Notes: generated from the sequence alone by a model not told the origin. Counted from the stretch's first letter, positions 13,551 through 26,599 are shown. The stretch: 64,000 bases of DNA from Tubiluchus corallicola (GCA_030141605.1 JAQGDQ010000171.1:186001-250000); one strand, 5' to 3'. A program made the numbers and translations.

Positions 13551-14193
13551 TGTTACATCTAGTAAAGTTCTACCAATAATCAGACACTGCGTAATACCAC
13601 ACTGTGGTATAAGTGATTAATAGCGAAGTGGCGCGTCATTGGAACTGGTAATTTGTGACTACAATTAAAGTCTTTCTGTCCCAGGTTGCGATTTGTACAA
13701 AAATTTGCTGTTAAAAAACTGAAAATCCGTTTGCTGTGTTTGTTACTTCTAATCTTTTATATTACTAAAAGGCTGTCCCACATGTATCATAGAGCCAATA
13801 CTTTTCCGTTATTTTCAGAAAACAGTGTTTTCTCTTTTCTGGAGCAACGAAGCCTGTAAAATATGAGCTACGTCTACCGGTGACATGAAACAGAGGTTGG
13901 CGATGGCGTTTATATTTTACATATGCAGTTTCTTGGTATGTGCAAAAATAATTTAGTTGCCACAATAAACTTACTGAGATCCTTGTAAGATTGATTAAGC
14001 AGGCTGAAAATGTGCAAAAGTAACAGCATGCAGACTAAATCGTATTTAATCGAAAGTGGGTAAGCGTTTGCTATTAGCTTGGCTGTGCTGATGTGATTAA
14101 ACATGTTCATAAACGTTTGAAAATATGTTAATTAGTAGAGTACTTCTGTTGTACACACTGTGATACTTGAACGAAGACTTGCAAGAACGTCAA

Positions 14194-14874
14194 ACGACAA
14201 GAAAAGGGGTACCTGTAGGAGGTTAAAGAAAAACCGCCTTAAATCATTCCCATATTGTTACTTTATAGCAATTTTATGCGTATATCGTACTCGCATTGAA
14301 AGGAATTTTTGTTTGTTTTCATTTTAAATCTCCGTAATACTGTTCTGAAGTCGCCATTACATGAGGTCACATACGCAAATGTAAATCAGAGGAAGAAAAG
14401 GCAATGTTAAATTATGTCAGAAAAACTTTCCATGCATGCAAATCTAGATTACTTAGCATTTCGCTTACCTGCTGGAATGACCAAGGTAACTAGAAATAAT
14501 AACTTAAATGTTCGTGTCAGTTGGTAAAATGTCGCTGGCTCACCCTCCAGGGTGCGCCACTCACTAACTTAAAACGGGTCTTTAATCTTATTGACAAGAT
14601 ACAGTAATTTAAAATTTTACTTAGTTAGTAACATGTGTGCTACGAATGCTCTGATTATTTTTTCAAACTTCACACAATGCTATCTAAACATGTTTCAAAC
14701 GACCTACCATTAAAGATGGCTGCGCCTAACGGTCATCGCGGGAGTTTAAATTTAAATGTCTTAAACAGTGCTACTGCCAGCGCAAGCCTGCATGCAAAAA
14801 GGCAGTATGTAAGTGATTTAAAATTTCAAGACGAATTTTTCAAGCTTTATGTAAGTGGATGGTTTTCTTGTGCT
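14194..14874 (+). mobile_element. Kolobok-like MITE family A, copy 2
   Basis: ACGACAAGAAAAGGGGTACC ... GGTTTTCTTGTGCT followed by TTAA. Colinear with the other copies. Confidence 0.85.
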
Positions 14875-15614
14875 TTAAAAAACATGGCAAAGCGATCTGC
14901 GACATTTAACAGCAGTCATATGTTTGGCGTTAAGATTTAGTAATTTAATGAAAGCTAATATTAGCGAAGGCGCTTGAGCGGCCCACTCTGCACAGTCTCT
15001 ACCTTTATTCCAAAGTATAGCATCGTTACCAAACTCGCGTTGCATGTCACCCATAAAAATGCCAGTAGTTTAAACCTAAGTCTTTTAAATTATTCTTTTA
15101 CAAATAATTCGGTTGTTATTGGTTAAATCTTCACACCTTTTGGTTTCAACCAATTAGGTTTCATTTTGGCTCTATCTCTGACATGTTCACTAGTTTGGGG
15201 AAGGTTATAAAAGAAGGGTGAAAACCTGCTGTACTTTGGAGCTACAGTGGTAATCGGGTCATGCAGAGTTGTTGGTTCTTGTGCTTATGTTTCTACCATC
15301 AGACTTAGAGCTCTCCTACTACCCGCTATGTGGCAAGTTAGGTATCAGTCTCTCCACTTTTTTTCTTTGTTCTGTTTTTCTTTAATTTGCTTAAAATCTT
15401 GTCACAGTTAGTTTACGTCTTGTAATCTCTTTCCAATCAAATAGTCAGCGTTATTTAATTCAGCTTTGTTTAATTGTGGTTGTGTGGAAATCATTATTAG
15501 GCTTCTCCGCCTCCGTACCTGCAGGCCCGAACGACTCCCGGGTGGCGAGGTGCTACTAGCAGTTCAATATGACGTAATTCAAAAAGTTAATAAAACATCT
15601 TTTGTTCGTTTCAG

Positions 15615-17841
15615 GAAGTACTCCTAATTGTTAATGGACAAGAGATCAATGAACAAAACTACGGCAACAGTGGCAGAAATTATCATTATGGCTACATACA
15701 CAAGCATACAACTACAACACACTCGCCATATGTCTTCTTCCGACGACACACAATACCCTATGAAGATCTGTATGAATCTACGTTCACAGACCATTACGTG
15801 TTCCATACACCAAGCCCAAAGAAATATTCAAAATTAAATGGTCATAAAGTTTTGCCAACCGTTTCCCATGCACCAGGACACAGGCCACACACTTCGCTGT
15901 ACTTTCCTTTAAGTCCATATCCTCAAGCGTTGTCCTACCCACAGCAGGCACAAATCTCAAGACCTCATCCGATAAATCCTCTACCTGTTACACCTTACTT
16001 TAATCCTTACACAGGCACTGTTATACTGCATCCATACCTTGGTTTTGGGTATAATAATTACGGAAGAAGTATATCACAGCTTTACGGTGGGAATATGGCT
16101 GCTTTACCAATGGTTTCACTTATCCAAAGCAACGAAAATATTGATCCCCTAGACAATAGCGCGAGTACGAAACGAAGTCGTTTGCAAAACTACGCCAGTA
16201 CTCTGTACACGTTACCAAAGGTGAACTCACCAGGAAGGAACAGACCCTCGGTTAGTTCCACATTGACGTACTTGCCTAAACAGTCACGTATATCTTGGCC
16301 TGTCGTTCCAGCCCAGAAATCTGCGCTTTCAAATCAAAAAAACTTTCAAACAAAATTCTACGAGCAGAATCCGACATTAACCACAGTCCAATATGATCTT
16401 TCACACCACCAAACGTCAAATGATTACAGAGCGGCGCCTCTGTCAGCAATGGTCACCAGAAATCATATGGATGACCTTCACAGCGTGCGACAGCCAGCGG
16501 TTTATAAAAGATCAGAATTTGAAAGTTCATTGAAAACACGCCAGCCTCAGTCACTGCTAGGTAGAGATTCTGTATCCATTAGGAGGACACATCGTCACCC
16601 TACAAGAACAGAAAGACCTGTTCTAAACAAAAAGACTCCCCACTCATCACGCTTTCCAGCATTCCCATCTGTCAGAGGTTCCAGAGAAGCCATTCTTCAA
16701 AGTCGTAAATACAGAAACCAAAACAAAGATGACCACTCTGTCCAACCTCTAGTGCCTACCAATGGATTGCGAGCGTCTGATTGGATTTGGAGACGCAGAG
16801 GAGGCAGCTATCGGGAATCAACGAGAAGAATTAAAAGTCCACCAGTATCAAAACTGGAGTCGTCACAATCAGTATCACGTAGAGAAATCCCTAGTAACTT
16901 CAGAAAATTTCATTCATCCAGAATGAGAGCAGCAGAGGATAGCAGCAGAATGCGTCAGTCAATTGTGCAGTTTGAAATGCCTCTTTCAGCAACAATCAGC
17001 AAAAACAAGCAGGGCGTTTTTCCGAATAACAGACAGGTAGCTTCATTTGGTGGGCGCAGACGTGTGCCGCTCACAGATGGCGACAGCTCTGCAACAGTCA
17101 ACAGACCACAGAACAGTCAACGAAACTTGCATAAGGATACTACAGTGAAAGAACAAATGCCACATACACCTTCATCAACGACGTTAAATAGATCACGAGG
17201 CAGGCCTTCTAAACATTCCTGGGCGAATGTTGAGCCAAAAGAACAAACGTCACATGTAACCTCACTTTCACAACTACCTACCACCACGAGCAGGAAAAGT
17301 TCTTTAAGAAACTCTAGGGAGTATATTGTGCCAAGGGAGCAAACGCCACATATATTCTCACTTTCACAACTACCTACCACTACGAGCACGAAAAGTTCTT
17401 TAAGAAACTCTAGGGAGTATATTGTGCCAAGGGAGCAAACGGCACATATATCCTCACTTTCACAACTACCTACCACCACGAGCAGGAAAAGTTCTTTAAG
17501 AAACTCTAGGGAGTATATTGTGCCAAGGGAGCAAACGGCACATATATCCTCACTTTCACAACTACCTACCACCACGAGCAGGAAAAGTTCTTTAAGAAAC
17601 TCTTGGGAGTATATTGTGCCAAGGGAGCAAATGCCACATTTCGTTTCACGTTCTTCTGCAACTTTTAGTAGAGCGCATGGAAGCACAAGGGAAAATGGCG
17701 CACATGAGAGAAAAGAAATTAAACCGTCAAGTCAAGCTGCTCGTGAAGATTGGACGAAAATATCCAATAACATCGCAATTATTAATAAAAATCATGCAAT
17801 AGAAGAAGAAGCCATAACAGTTACTCCTCCAAAAATATCAG
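15615..17841 (+). CDS. ZP gene exon: ~742 aa low-complexity N-terminal region (Y/H/P-rich, then R/S/T-rich, with 32-aa repeats)
   Basis: Acceptor tttcag ends at 15614. The frame is open from EVLLIVNGQE into ORF 15798. Donor TCAG|gtaggt at 17842. Confidence 0.8.
17235..17640 (+). repeat. Coding minisatellite, 96-bp (32 aa) unit, four copies plus a partial copy
   Basis: PREQTAHISSLSQLPTTTSRKSSLRNSREYIV repeated; units start at 17235, 17331, 17427, 17523 and 17619. Confidence 0.95.
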
Positions 17842-18729
17842 GTAGGTCTGCTGTTGGTATGAATGCCATTGCTGTACTAATATTCTTGTAGTTAACTCAC
17901 TTTATGATATGAATAAGTTCAATGTAGAAAACAGTGCTCACGTAGAGGACAGTGAAAAAATACAAGAAAGGTATTTTGAGTACAAAGAATAAAAAAACGA
18001 AAGTAAAGTATGACTAATGGTATTAAAATTAGAGAACGGAAAGGGATAATCATGATTTCCAAAATTTTCAAATTGAGCCAATGAACATGCGAAAGTTAAC
18101 AAATTATGTATTGATGATGATGATGATCATAAATCTTTTATCTGTTCATAGTTATATGTACATATATACGTAAATATATACAAGGCCTCTATGTGCAGGC
18201 CAAAATTCCGATTTCACATAATATGTCAAATAGTAATAATATAACTACATACAAAAACACAAATGAGTATATCTGGTGTAATGTACATTTCCGTAGCAGC
18301 ATAACAACAGCAAACAACACAAAACAATAAACAATACCACATACTGTACAATTACCCACGCCTCACAGTCTTCTGATTTGTGCTGATTTAAAAATGTGCA
18401 AAGTAGAGCATTTGCACTATTTTACCACATGCCCAAATTTTGACAGTGAACCACTTTGTTGGATTAGGCTTGGTAACAAATTTGACTACACAAGGAATGC
18501 CACAATCAGCCACAATGTCTCCAAGTCATGGCGAGACTCAAAATTAATTTTTACTACTAGAGTAGTAGTAGTAGTAGTAAAATTATGCATAGTAGTGACA
18601 AAAAGACATTTGCAGCTAGTAAAAAATACGTGTCATTTAAAAACTTTAATAAGGTATTACAGTGTCTATTTTAATACCTTTGCTTCTGGATATATTTTGT
18701 AGTTTTATTTCTTTGCGATTTTTTTTCAG

Positions 18730-18828
18730 TGGTCAAGGTTATGTGTGACGAGGAGAACAAGTTAATATTGACGACAGTAAAGTTTGCAGATGCGTTTTCT
18801 GGTTCCGTGTATCTGAAAAACTTTGAAG
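18730..18828 (+). CDS. ZP gene exon: first ZP-N domain, part 1
   Basis: ttttcag acceptor; VVKVMCDEENKLILTTVKFADAFSGSVYLKNFE matches the cuticlin-type C1 and F.G.(I/V)Y motif. Confidence 0.8.
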
Positions 18829-19040
18829 GTCTGACATCAGTAAATCTTGGCTTTTATAATAAGAAGAGTAGCCATAATACCATAATTAGAAATGAGTTTT
18901 GTGTGTCAGTAATGCTGCTTTTCTGTATAATCAGCGGGTTTTCGTTTGAAAAAATTTCGTTGGATTTGGTCCAGCTTGTAAGATCTTCTCTTTGTCCATT
19001 TTTCGATAAAACTCATTTCAGCACACATTTTTGCACTTAA

Positions 19041-19254
19041 AGCCGCGTTTATGCAGCATGCGGATGCGGATGCAGATGCGTTTTCCGAATGCCGAACAGC
19101 CTGCGGAAAAAATTCAATAGAAATAGTTGCAGAAATAGAATAACGCATACGCAGGCTGTATAAACGGGTACATTGAAAAAACAATATAAACCGATTTTAT
19201 CTATTAAGCACCCCCCAAAACGCATCCGCTTTCGCATGCTACATAAACGCCACT
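19041..19254. mobile_element. PIF/Harbinger-like MITE
   Basis: TAA on both sides; TIR AGCCGCGTTTATGCAGCATGCG / rc AGTGGCGTTTATGTAGCATGCG. Confidence 0.65.
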
Positions 19255-19797
19255 TAAAAACGCAAAGTCTTCATTCGTAAGCGAGTTGCGCAAGTCCGGG
19301 TCAAGTTCTGCTCAGTTGCAAGGTACGTCCAAGCTTCAAAGGCTCCGACTTTGCAAGGTCGAACAAGATTGATCTAGGGCCCCAAAGAACAGGCTTTTAG
19401 TTAAAAATGAGTATTTGCTAGCAATTTACTTGGATTAAGACTTTTCAATAAATTTTGTGAGATAAGATTAAATTTTGCAGTTCCAGATTTTCTTTCTGCC
19501 TCCAGAAAAATGGGGATATGATAAAAATGTCTAAGGACATTTTTGACATGTAATATTGAATGCACAATTGAACGCAACGGCTAAGTGTTTTACAAACTAA
19601 CGCTGCACTTGTTGGTTCTGTAATCCGGTTCTGTGTGTGTTGCACATTTAGACGTTAGATTTTTATAATTTTTTATTCGTGCTTGTATAAGAACCGTGTG
19701 AAATGGAGTAGGGCTAATAAATTATAGAACACAAGAACACGCATGTATTGGGTGTTATGTTTCTACGCGGTTTTTTGACACATATGATTTTATATAG

Positions 19798-19889
19798 GAG
19801 TTGAGGGATGTTCAGCAAGAAGCAGCAAAATGGGAGTGGTAAACTTTCAATTTAGCATCAAACAATGTGGCACCCATCGCTCATCATCA
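19798..19889 (+). CDS. ZP gene exon: first ZP-N domain, part 2
   Basis: GVEGCSARSSKMGVVNFQFSIKQCGTHRSSS (C2, and C3 in CGT); donor gtaagt at 19890. Confidence 0.8.
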
Positions 19890-20638
19890 GTAAGTAGCAG
19901 TACCTATATGCCGTGATTTGTTGCAAAATATCTGCACTGCCTCTGACAATTTCGTACAAATTAACTTTCGTGTTTATTATTCATTAAATTCAGTGTAATA
20001 CTATTCATAATATAAAGATTATCCTATACATCGGATTAGGATTCTAATGATCTAGTTTGACGGAAGTATGTGTGAATAGGAACCAGACTGGATTCCAAAT
20101 GGAGTTTGGACAGATTTCAACAAGAAAAAGCACGAATTCTTACTCTTAGTACTCATTAAAATAATACAAATTATAACTCTTTTCTCCCTAGTTCAAATTT
20201 AATTAACATCAAATAAAGCAACAATTCAACCAAAGTAAGACAGATGCAAGACCTTTTTCTAGCACACTGTGGTTTACTGTAATTGTTACATGTTTCAGTT
20301 TTGTGGGCCTTACAAATTCATGTGAGTTTAAAGAAGGTTGGGTAAGAATAAGATGGAACACCGATGGTTCTTGGAACGGCAATGAGATACTGTTTACGAT
20401 TTTTATCGATTGCTGAATATAATTTTGAGGAGTGAAAAAAATTTTACGGACCTGGATTCGAACCTGGGTGTCTGATCAGCTGATGGACGTTCCAAAATGT
20501 TCGCCCCGATAGAGGATCGAATGATCCTGTCAGAGAATTCTCTGTGGATTCCCTACAAAAAAGTAGTGCATTGTCACGCTTTGACCCTTTTTTAAGGTAC
20601 TTACTAGGAATCGGATGTAGTAATGAGGTAATAACGAC

Positions 20639-21573
20639 GGCCTGCACAATGGTCCTTAGTATCTTCATGCAAATTTCAGCCTCCTACGATGTAAACTGTG
20701 GCCTGTAATAGGTCTGCACAATGGTCACTAGTATTTTCATGCAAATTTCAGCCTCCTACGATGTAAACTGTGGCCTGTAATAGGCCTGCACGATGGTCCC
20801 TAGTATCTTCCTGCAAATTTCAGCCTTTTACGATGAAAACTGTGGCCTGTAATAGGCCTGCACAACGGTCCTAGTATCTTCATGCAAATTTCAGCCTCCA
20901 ACGATGAAAACTGTGGCCTGTAATAGGCCCGCACAATGGTCCCTAGTATCTTCATGCAAATTTCAGCCTCCTACGATGTAAACTGTGGCCTGTAATAGGT
21001 CTGCACAATGGTCACTAGTATTTTCATACAAATTTCAGCCTCCTACGATGTAAACTGTGGCCTGTAATAGGCCTGCACAATGGTCTCTAGTATCTTCGTG
21101 CAAATTTCAGCCTCCTACGATGAAAACTGAGGAATGTAATAGGTCTGCACAATGGTCACTAGAATTTTCATGCAAATTTCAGCCTCCTACGATGTAAACT
21201 GTGGCCTGTAATAGGTCTGCACAATGGTCACTAGTATTTTCATGCAAATTTCAGCCTCCTACGATGTAAACTGTGGCCTGTAATAGGCCCGCACAATGGT
21301 CCCTAGTATCTTCCTGCAAATTTCAGCCTTTTACGATGAAAACTGTGGCCTGTAATAGGTCTGCACAATGGTCCCTAGTGTCTTCACGCAAATTTCAGCC
21401 TCCTACGATGTAAACTGTGGCCTGTAATAGGCCTGCACAATGGTCCCTAGTATCTTCATGCAAATTTCAGCCTTCTACGATGTAAACTGTGGCCTATAAT
21501 AGGCCTGCACAATGGTCCCTAGTATCTTCATGCAAATTTCAGCCTCCTACGATGAAAACTGTGGCCTGTAATA
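20639..21573. repeat. Intronic tandem array of 13 x 72-bp units
   Basis: Unit ggcctgcacaatggtccctagtatcttcatgcaaatttcagcctcctacgatgtaaactgtggcctgtaata, head-to-tail with no spacers. Confidence 0.95.
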
Positions 21574-22085
21574 GCTTCAAATATAAACGTGACAACGAAA
21601 ACAACAACATGACAAATAATTAAATATCCGTGCATTTAGTTCAGGATCCTAGAATGTTCCCGTAAAGGAAAAGTACAGCACATTGTTTAATAACTGAAAG
21701 CATTAAATTGCACAGAAGCGCATGGCCACCAAAAATCGTGATCACAGCCCTAACACATTATCAGCGGGGGTTAGGGAGGCCCTGTACAACATATTATTAG
21801 TAATTACTAGTATCAAAATAATTAAGAACACTAAACCATGCACATACATAGAAAGTTTAGCATTAATCAGAACCACGAGCATCTAAGCTGAACTCTAAAT
21901 AATCACTGACTAATCGCTTTCTTAATTGTTTGTTAATTAATGCATTTGTACTGCACTCACTCCCCTTGGGAAATTCAAAGGGATGCTGGCATTTTGACCC
22001 AATCTAATCCTGAGGTATCGAAGTACGAGACAGATGAGTCGTCAATCTGAACGGGTATGAATATTAATCATTTCTGCTTTTGCAG

Positions 22086-22297
22086 AGACTGACAAAGGTG
22101 AACACACCACCGGGAAAAGTGCTGTACGAGAATACACTCATTGTTCAGCCAGGTGAACCGCATCAAAGAAGCGAGATGTACATGAAAGAATATGTAATAG
22201 CGTGTCCGATGGAAGAACGAGGTACTTCGCTACGCATTCAGCGCAATGATTCACCAACAAGACAGCTATCTGCACCTTTAACAACCGAAACACTTCA
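22086..22297 (+). CDS. ZP gene exon: end of the first ZP-N domain and linker
   Basis: RLTKVNTPPGKVLYENTLIVQPGEPHQRSEMYMKEYVIACPMEE... (Y.N.lIVQ strand and C4); donor CA|gtaaga. Confidence 0.8.
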
Positions 22298-22459
22298 GTA
22301 AGAGAAAACCTTTTTTATTATTTGCAGTAACGTAAAATATCAACTGCTTTATTCACGTGTTACAATGTTTTTCTAAATTTTCGCATTACATTTTCTTTTT
22401 GCTGTAGGTACTTGATACACAAAGTTAAAATCTACAAAAACGTACTTACTTTTACTTAA

Positions 22460-23119
22460 AGCACAAGAAAACCCTCCACTTACATCAAGTTTAAAAACTT
22501 GCATACTGCCTTTCTGTATACAAGGCTTGCATCGGCAGTAATGCTGTATAAAACTTCTAAATTTAAACTCTCGCATTGACCGTCACATGCTGTCATTTGA
22601 CGATAAGTCATTTGAAACAAGTTTTGATAACTCTGAGTAAAGTTTGAAAAATAATCAGAGCATTCGTAGCGCACACAAAAATAACTTGGTACAACTTTAA
22701 ACTACTGTATCTTGTCAATAAGATTAAAAATACGTTTTTTGGTTAGTGAGTGGCGCACCCTTGAGGTGAATCAATGACATTTTACCAATTGGTGAAAACA
22801 TTTTAAAAATTTCGTAATTTTCTTTCTAGTTACATAAATCTTTCAAGCAGGTAAGCGAAATGCTAAGTAATATAACCTTGCATGGAAAGTTTTTTTGGGG
22901 ACACAGGTTAACATATCCTCTTCTTCCCCTGATTTACAGTGTGATGATAAGATGTCCTGCAAGGTCGCGCTCGGAACAGTATTGCGAGAAATTTACAATG
23001 AAAACAAACAAAAATCCATTTTAAGGCGAGTACGATATGCACATAAAATCTCCGTAAAGTAATATAATTTTTTAGACGATTTTTCTGAAACTTACTTCAA
23101 GTACCCGTTTTCTTGTCCT
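22460..23119 (-). mobile_element. Kolobok-like MITE family A, copy 3
   Basis: TTAA-AGCACAAGAAAACCC ... TTTTCTTGTCCT-TTAA with an intact TSD. Confidence 0.88.
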
Positions 23120-23265
23120 TTAAGTCGACAATCACACAGTAATAAGTAAGGTAGCTGAGCTACAAAACAATAGCTATTCAGTCATTGAAACAGTCTCTCA
23201 TTAACACACGTTAACAGTAACTGCACAAATCATTTTTACATAAGTAACTTTGTCTGTTTATTTAG

Positions 23266-23384
23266 GCAGCCAGTCTCATCGTCTACCTATCCTTCGATTG
23301 CTGTGAAAGGACCTACGAACATTTATGTGAGTGAGACAAAACAGGAAGCGGAGGAAATTCAACTGTTGCAGGGATTCATGCCAG
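23266..23384 (+). CDS. ZP gene exon: linker between the two ZP-N domains
   Basis: tttag acceptor, phase 2; QPVSSSTYPSIAVKGPTNIYVSETKQEAEEIQLLQGFMP; donor G|gtttgt, phase 1. It bridges the flanking phases exactly. Confidence 0.65.
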
Positions 23385-23730
23385 GTTTGTTTTGATTATC
23401 ACAAATTTGACCATGATCAAGACACTTCATTCATCTGCACATATAAAAAACAACAATAGGCCTACAAAAAAGTTCTGTCTCGCAACAGCATACAAAATGG
23501 TCAATTGAAATTTACTAGATATAATCTGCCTAACAGATTAATTGTCAAAATACGTTTACGTTCTAACCTTTTAACAACAATTGCCAACATCTTGGGTTAT
23601 GAACCATACTTTGCGACGCAGAAGTGTTACGAATGATACAGTACCTCGTTTCTCAATGAGGTGAGCTTTTTCACTTGTCAACAAAAGCGTGAAAACAAAG
23701 ACCATACTAACTGAAATGCTGAAATATGTC

Positions 23731-23925
23731 CTGGGTTGGTTCGCCGAGTGGTCTAGATTTTGGATTGCAACCACAGAGTCTTCAGTTCGATACTAACGGC
23801 TGCAAATGCCAGGGCATGTACTCTGCATGTTATTAGTTGTTTGTATGTTGCGTCCTTACCTGTAAGTCGCTAAATACCTCTTGGTACTAATGTTGCCTGT
23901 TAAACGAGGACGGTAAATAAATCTT
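23731..23925 (+). mobile_element. tRNA-derived SINE
   Basis: A-box-like tcgccgagtgg and B-box-like agttcgatac. The body (tacctgtaagtcgctaa...gttaaa...cggtaaa) is shared with the copy at 56987. Confidence 0.7.
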
Positions 23926-24118
23926 GTCTGTCTTTTTTCTTTGGCTCTCCCAAATCTCTTACTTGCCTTTGTTATAACATACAACTTAATAGTTTAAACT
24001 AGTCAAAGTGCTAATTGTCACTTATTGGTAAAATTCTTTTCAAAAGGTAACTGATGACAGTTTTGCTGTTACATCGTGTCATGATTTTAGTAATTTCGTG
24101 TACTTAGGTTTGTTGAGT

Positions 24119-24444
24119 TCATCTAATTTGTTGAGAATCTGTCCTTTCCACGCCTTTTCTCGGAAACTTCGATTTCCATGTCTTTAATTTACACTTACTA
24201 TTAACTTTATAACGTGTTTCTAACTCTTTCATAAACTGCGAATACAGAGGTTTATTCGGCCAAATTGTTGTATTGTATTTTGCTGCATAGGATTCTGCAT
24301 CAGGCCAGATGCCACTGTGAGCAACAAAAGCGTTGTCTACAACATGAAAGTTGTAGTCTTGAAAGCACATCTCCAAAATATGTTGTACTTTGTCGTTGCC
24401 GTTTCCGTGGAATCTCTCGTCATGCATTGGTTCCGTGTTATCAC
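24119..24444 (-). CDS. B4GAT1-like exon 3
   Basis: Acceptor gtttttacag; GDNTEPMHDERFHGNGNDKVQHILEMCFQDYNFHVVDNAFVAHSG... to stop. Confidence 0.85.
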
Positions 24445-26196
24445 CTGTAAAAACAATTTTCATAATACGATATTTATTATAGTCGCAGATGCGCAGATTA
24501 TGATTTTTTATGGTTTAAGGCTCTATATAGAAAACTGAAAACAACTTTCAAACAAAAAGGCTTTAATTTTGAAATTCTGAGTAGTAATACCGTTTATAGA
24601 AAACAAAAATGATAGATTTAAAATATGCGCACAGGTATCTTAATATTACACGAACATTTAACAAGTGATATTTACAATGATTATATGAAAAAGAACGATT
24701 ACATGATAATGGCGATGCGAATAAATACAGCTAAATGCTATGTAGAGATTTAAGCACTTAGAGAGAAAATATATATAGAGAGAATATCACAGAGAAAAAT
24801 GTATGAGCCATTAGCTACATTAACTTGATGGTATGACGCACCAAGCTAGCTAGAAAATTTTTGGCTATACAACTATATATACACTTTCTGAGAGGGAAGT
24901 CTATGTGCAAGTGATTACACAGCTAATGGGAATGAATTCAAAACTAGTTTGGGCAAATTATGTACTTTAACTTTACATAAAGTTAAATGCATACTATGAA
25001 ACGGGTTTGCAAGGGCAGATCCGTGCAACTATGAATAAGCACTTTACTATGAAGAAGCGCCATTCAAGCGTTGTTGTCGACAGTAATGACAAATTTCGTG
25101 CATTTTGTATCCATTCAAGCCTACAGGACTGGTGCAAAGAAACAATATTTATATGTATCGGAGTACCTGTTACTGATCACATATATTTACTAAAACTTGC
25201 AGCTGGGTATAAACAAAACTGGACAAATAATTAATGGTAATGAAAGATTAAAGGACAACACAATGGTATTTCATATCCTATCCTTTATTGGAGTACTGTA
25301 AACAGTATATATTTTAAGATTCATAATATATTCAAAGCATTTCTGATAATTAAACAATAGGTTAAAAGCTTAATTAACAGCGTACGAGCCCAACTAGTGC
25401 CAATTTTCAATGGCACAAACATACCACGACCGTGTTGCACGTGTTTGGGAAAGTATAGTATAACATTCAGTGAGATGCACAATCTCTGCAAGTTTCAAGT
25501 TTACCACTATGGACTCTACATCACAACTGAACAATTTCTGAACTGATAGGTACAGCACCTGTTTCTTGTGCAACGCGTAGGTTTTCCTTTAGTATATTGT
25601 ACCGTCGGCACACCCACCCAATGGCACCACGGTCAAAACTCTGCATCACGTACCTGTTCAATGTCCCACCTAGGCTGGCTTTGATCTGCCACACTTCATG
25701 TTCAACATTACTTTAATGCGAAACTCATGAAATAATGCAAATGGTGTAAGTTGATATCACAATTAATATCAGAAAAATAAAACGAAACAAAAACAAAAGA
25801 ATTACCACCCAGAAGTAGTATACCGGTGTGTCACAGAGCTCTAATCCATCGTCTCAGAATAAGAGAAGCAAGAGACTCGAGCACACTGGCCACTATCCAG
25901 CCGCTGTCCATACTCCCAAGTGGTGTAGGCCGGATTTGGTTTTGTTAGATCCAGCCGGGTGCTCAGCCAATCAGGGTGCAAGCTAATGAATGATTTAAGG
26001 TTTGGAATGATACGTATTGATATTCGTGGTGATGTTTCTTTAATCTTTGAATGCATTTGACTAAGCTGGACGTTTATACGTCGTAGTCAGGTCGAGGTTG
26101 TGAGAAGACACCAATAGTGCAACATAGTTAGTGTTGCAAATATCGATCAAGTCATCACTCAGGGTATACTATCGATAAGACAAAAACTGCTCTTAC

Positions 26197-26326
26197 CTAT
26201 GTAATTTGGTTCCCATTTTGGCGGAATCCATTTCGTAATGAAGAATTCGTCCAAAAGATCATTTGACCTGTCTGCCTTCATCCACAAGTTAAGATATGGA
26301 ACTTTGAAGGCGTCTGGACCTACGTT
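26197..26326 (-). CDS. B4GAT1-like exon 2
   Basis: Acceptor tattacag; NVGPDAFKVPYLNLWMKADRSNDLLDEFFITKWIPPKWEPNYI; donor G|gtaaga. Phases 0 and 1 match the flanking exons. Confidence 0.85.
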
Positions 26327-26599
26327 CTGTAATAAAAATGAACCTTTTCACTTGTTTTCACTAGCACATTCGTTTGCACTCATATAACCTGAACAGACAT
26401 TGAAGTTTCTTTAATGCATTATTACGATTACACAAAGGCTATTACGATTATACAAATATTATTATAATACACTTAACCTTTGACCTTTTCACGATCATCA
26501 CACATCGCTGGAACTGTCAAATCGCTTATTTACTGCTTATAATCCGAAAACTCAACTTTTCACTTTCCCTTTAATTTTGCGCATTTATGTCATGTATGC

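Noticed and set aside
17117-17686. 189-aa minus-strand repeat ORF
   Set aside because: Antisense shadow of the 96-bp coding repeat in the ZP exon.
20639-21573. CRISPR-like array
   Set aside because: The units are contiguous with no unique spacers, no cas genes are present, and the context is a eukaryotic intron.
22222-22227. Earlier donor (G|gtactt) in the ZP-N exon
   Set aside because: Its phase puts the next exon into a stop (RLL*). The donor at 22298 keeps the frame open.
23731-23810. tRNA gene (also 56987-57060)
   Set aside because: A/B boxes are present but I could not form a cloverleaf or acceptor stem, and both copies continue into a shared non-tRNA body, so they are SINEs.
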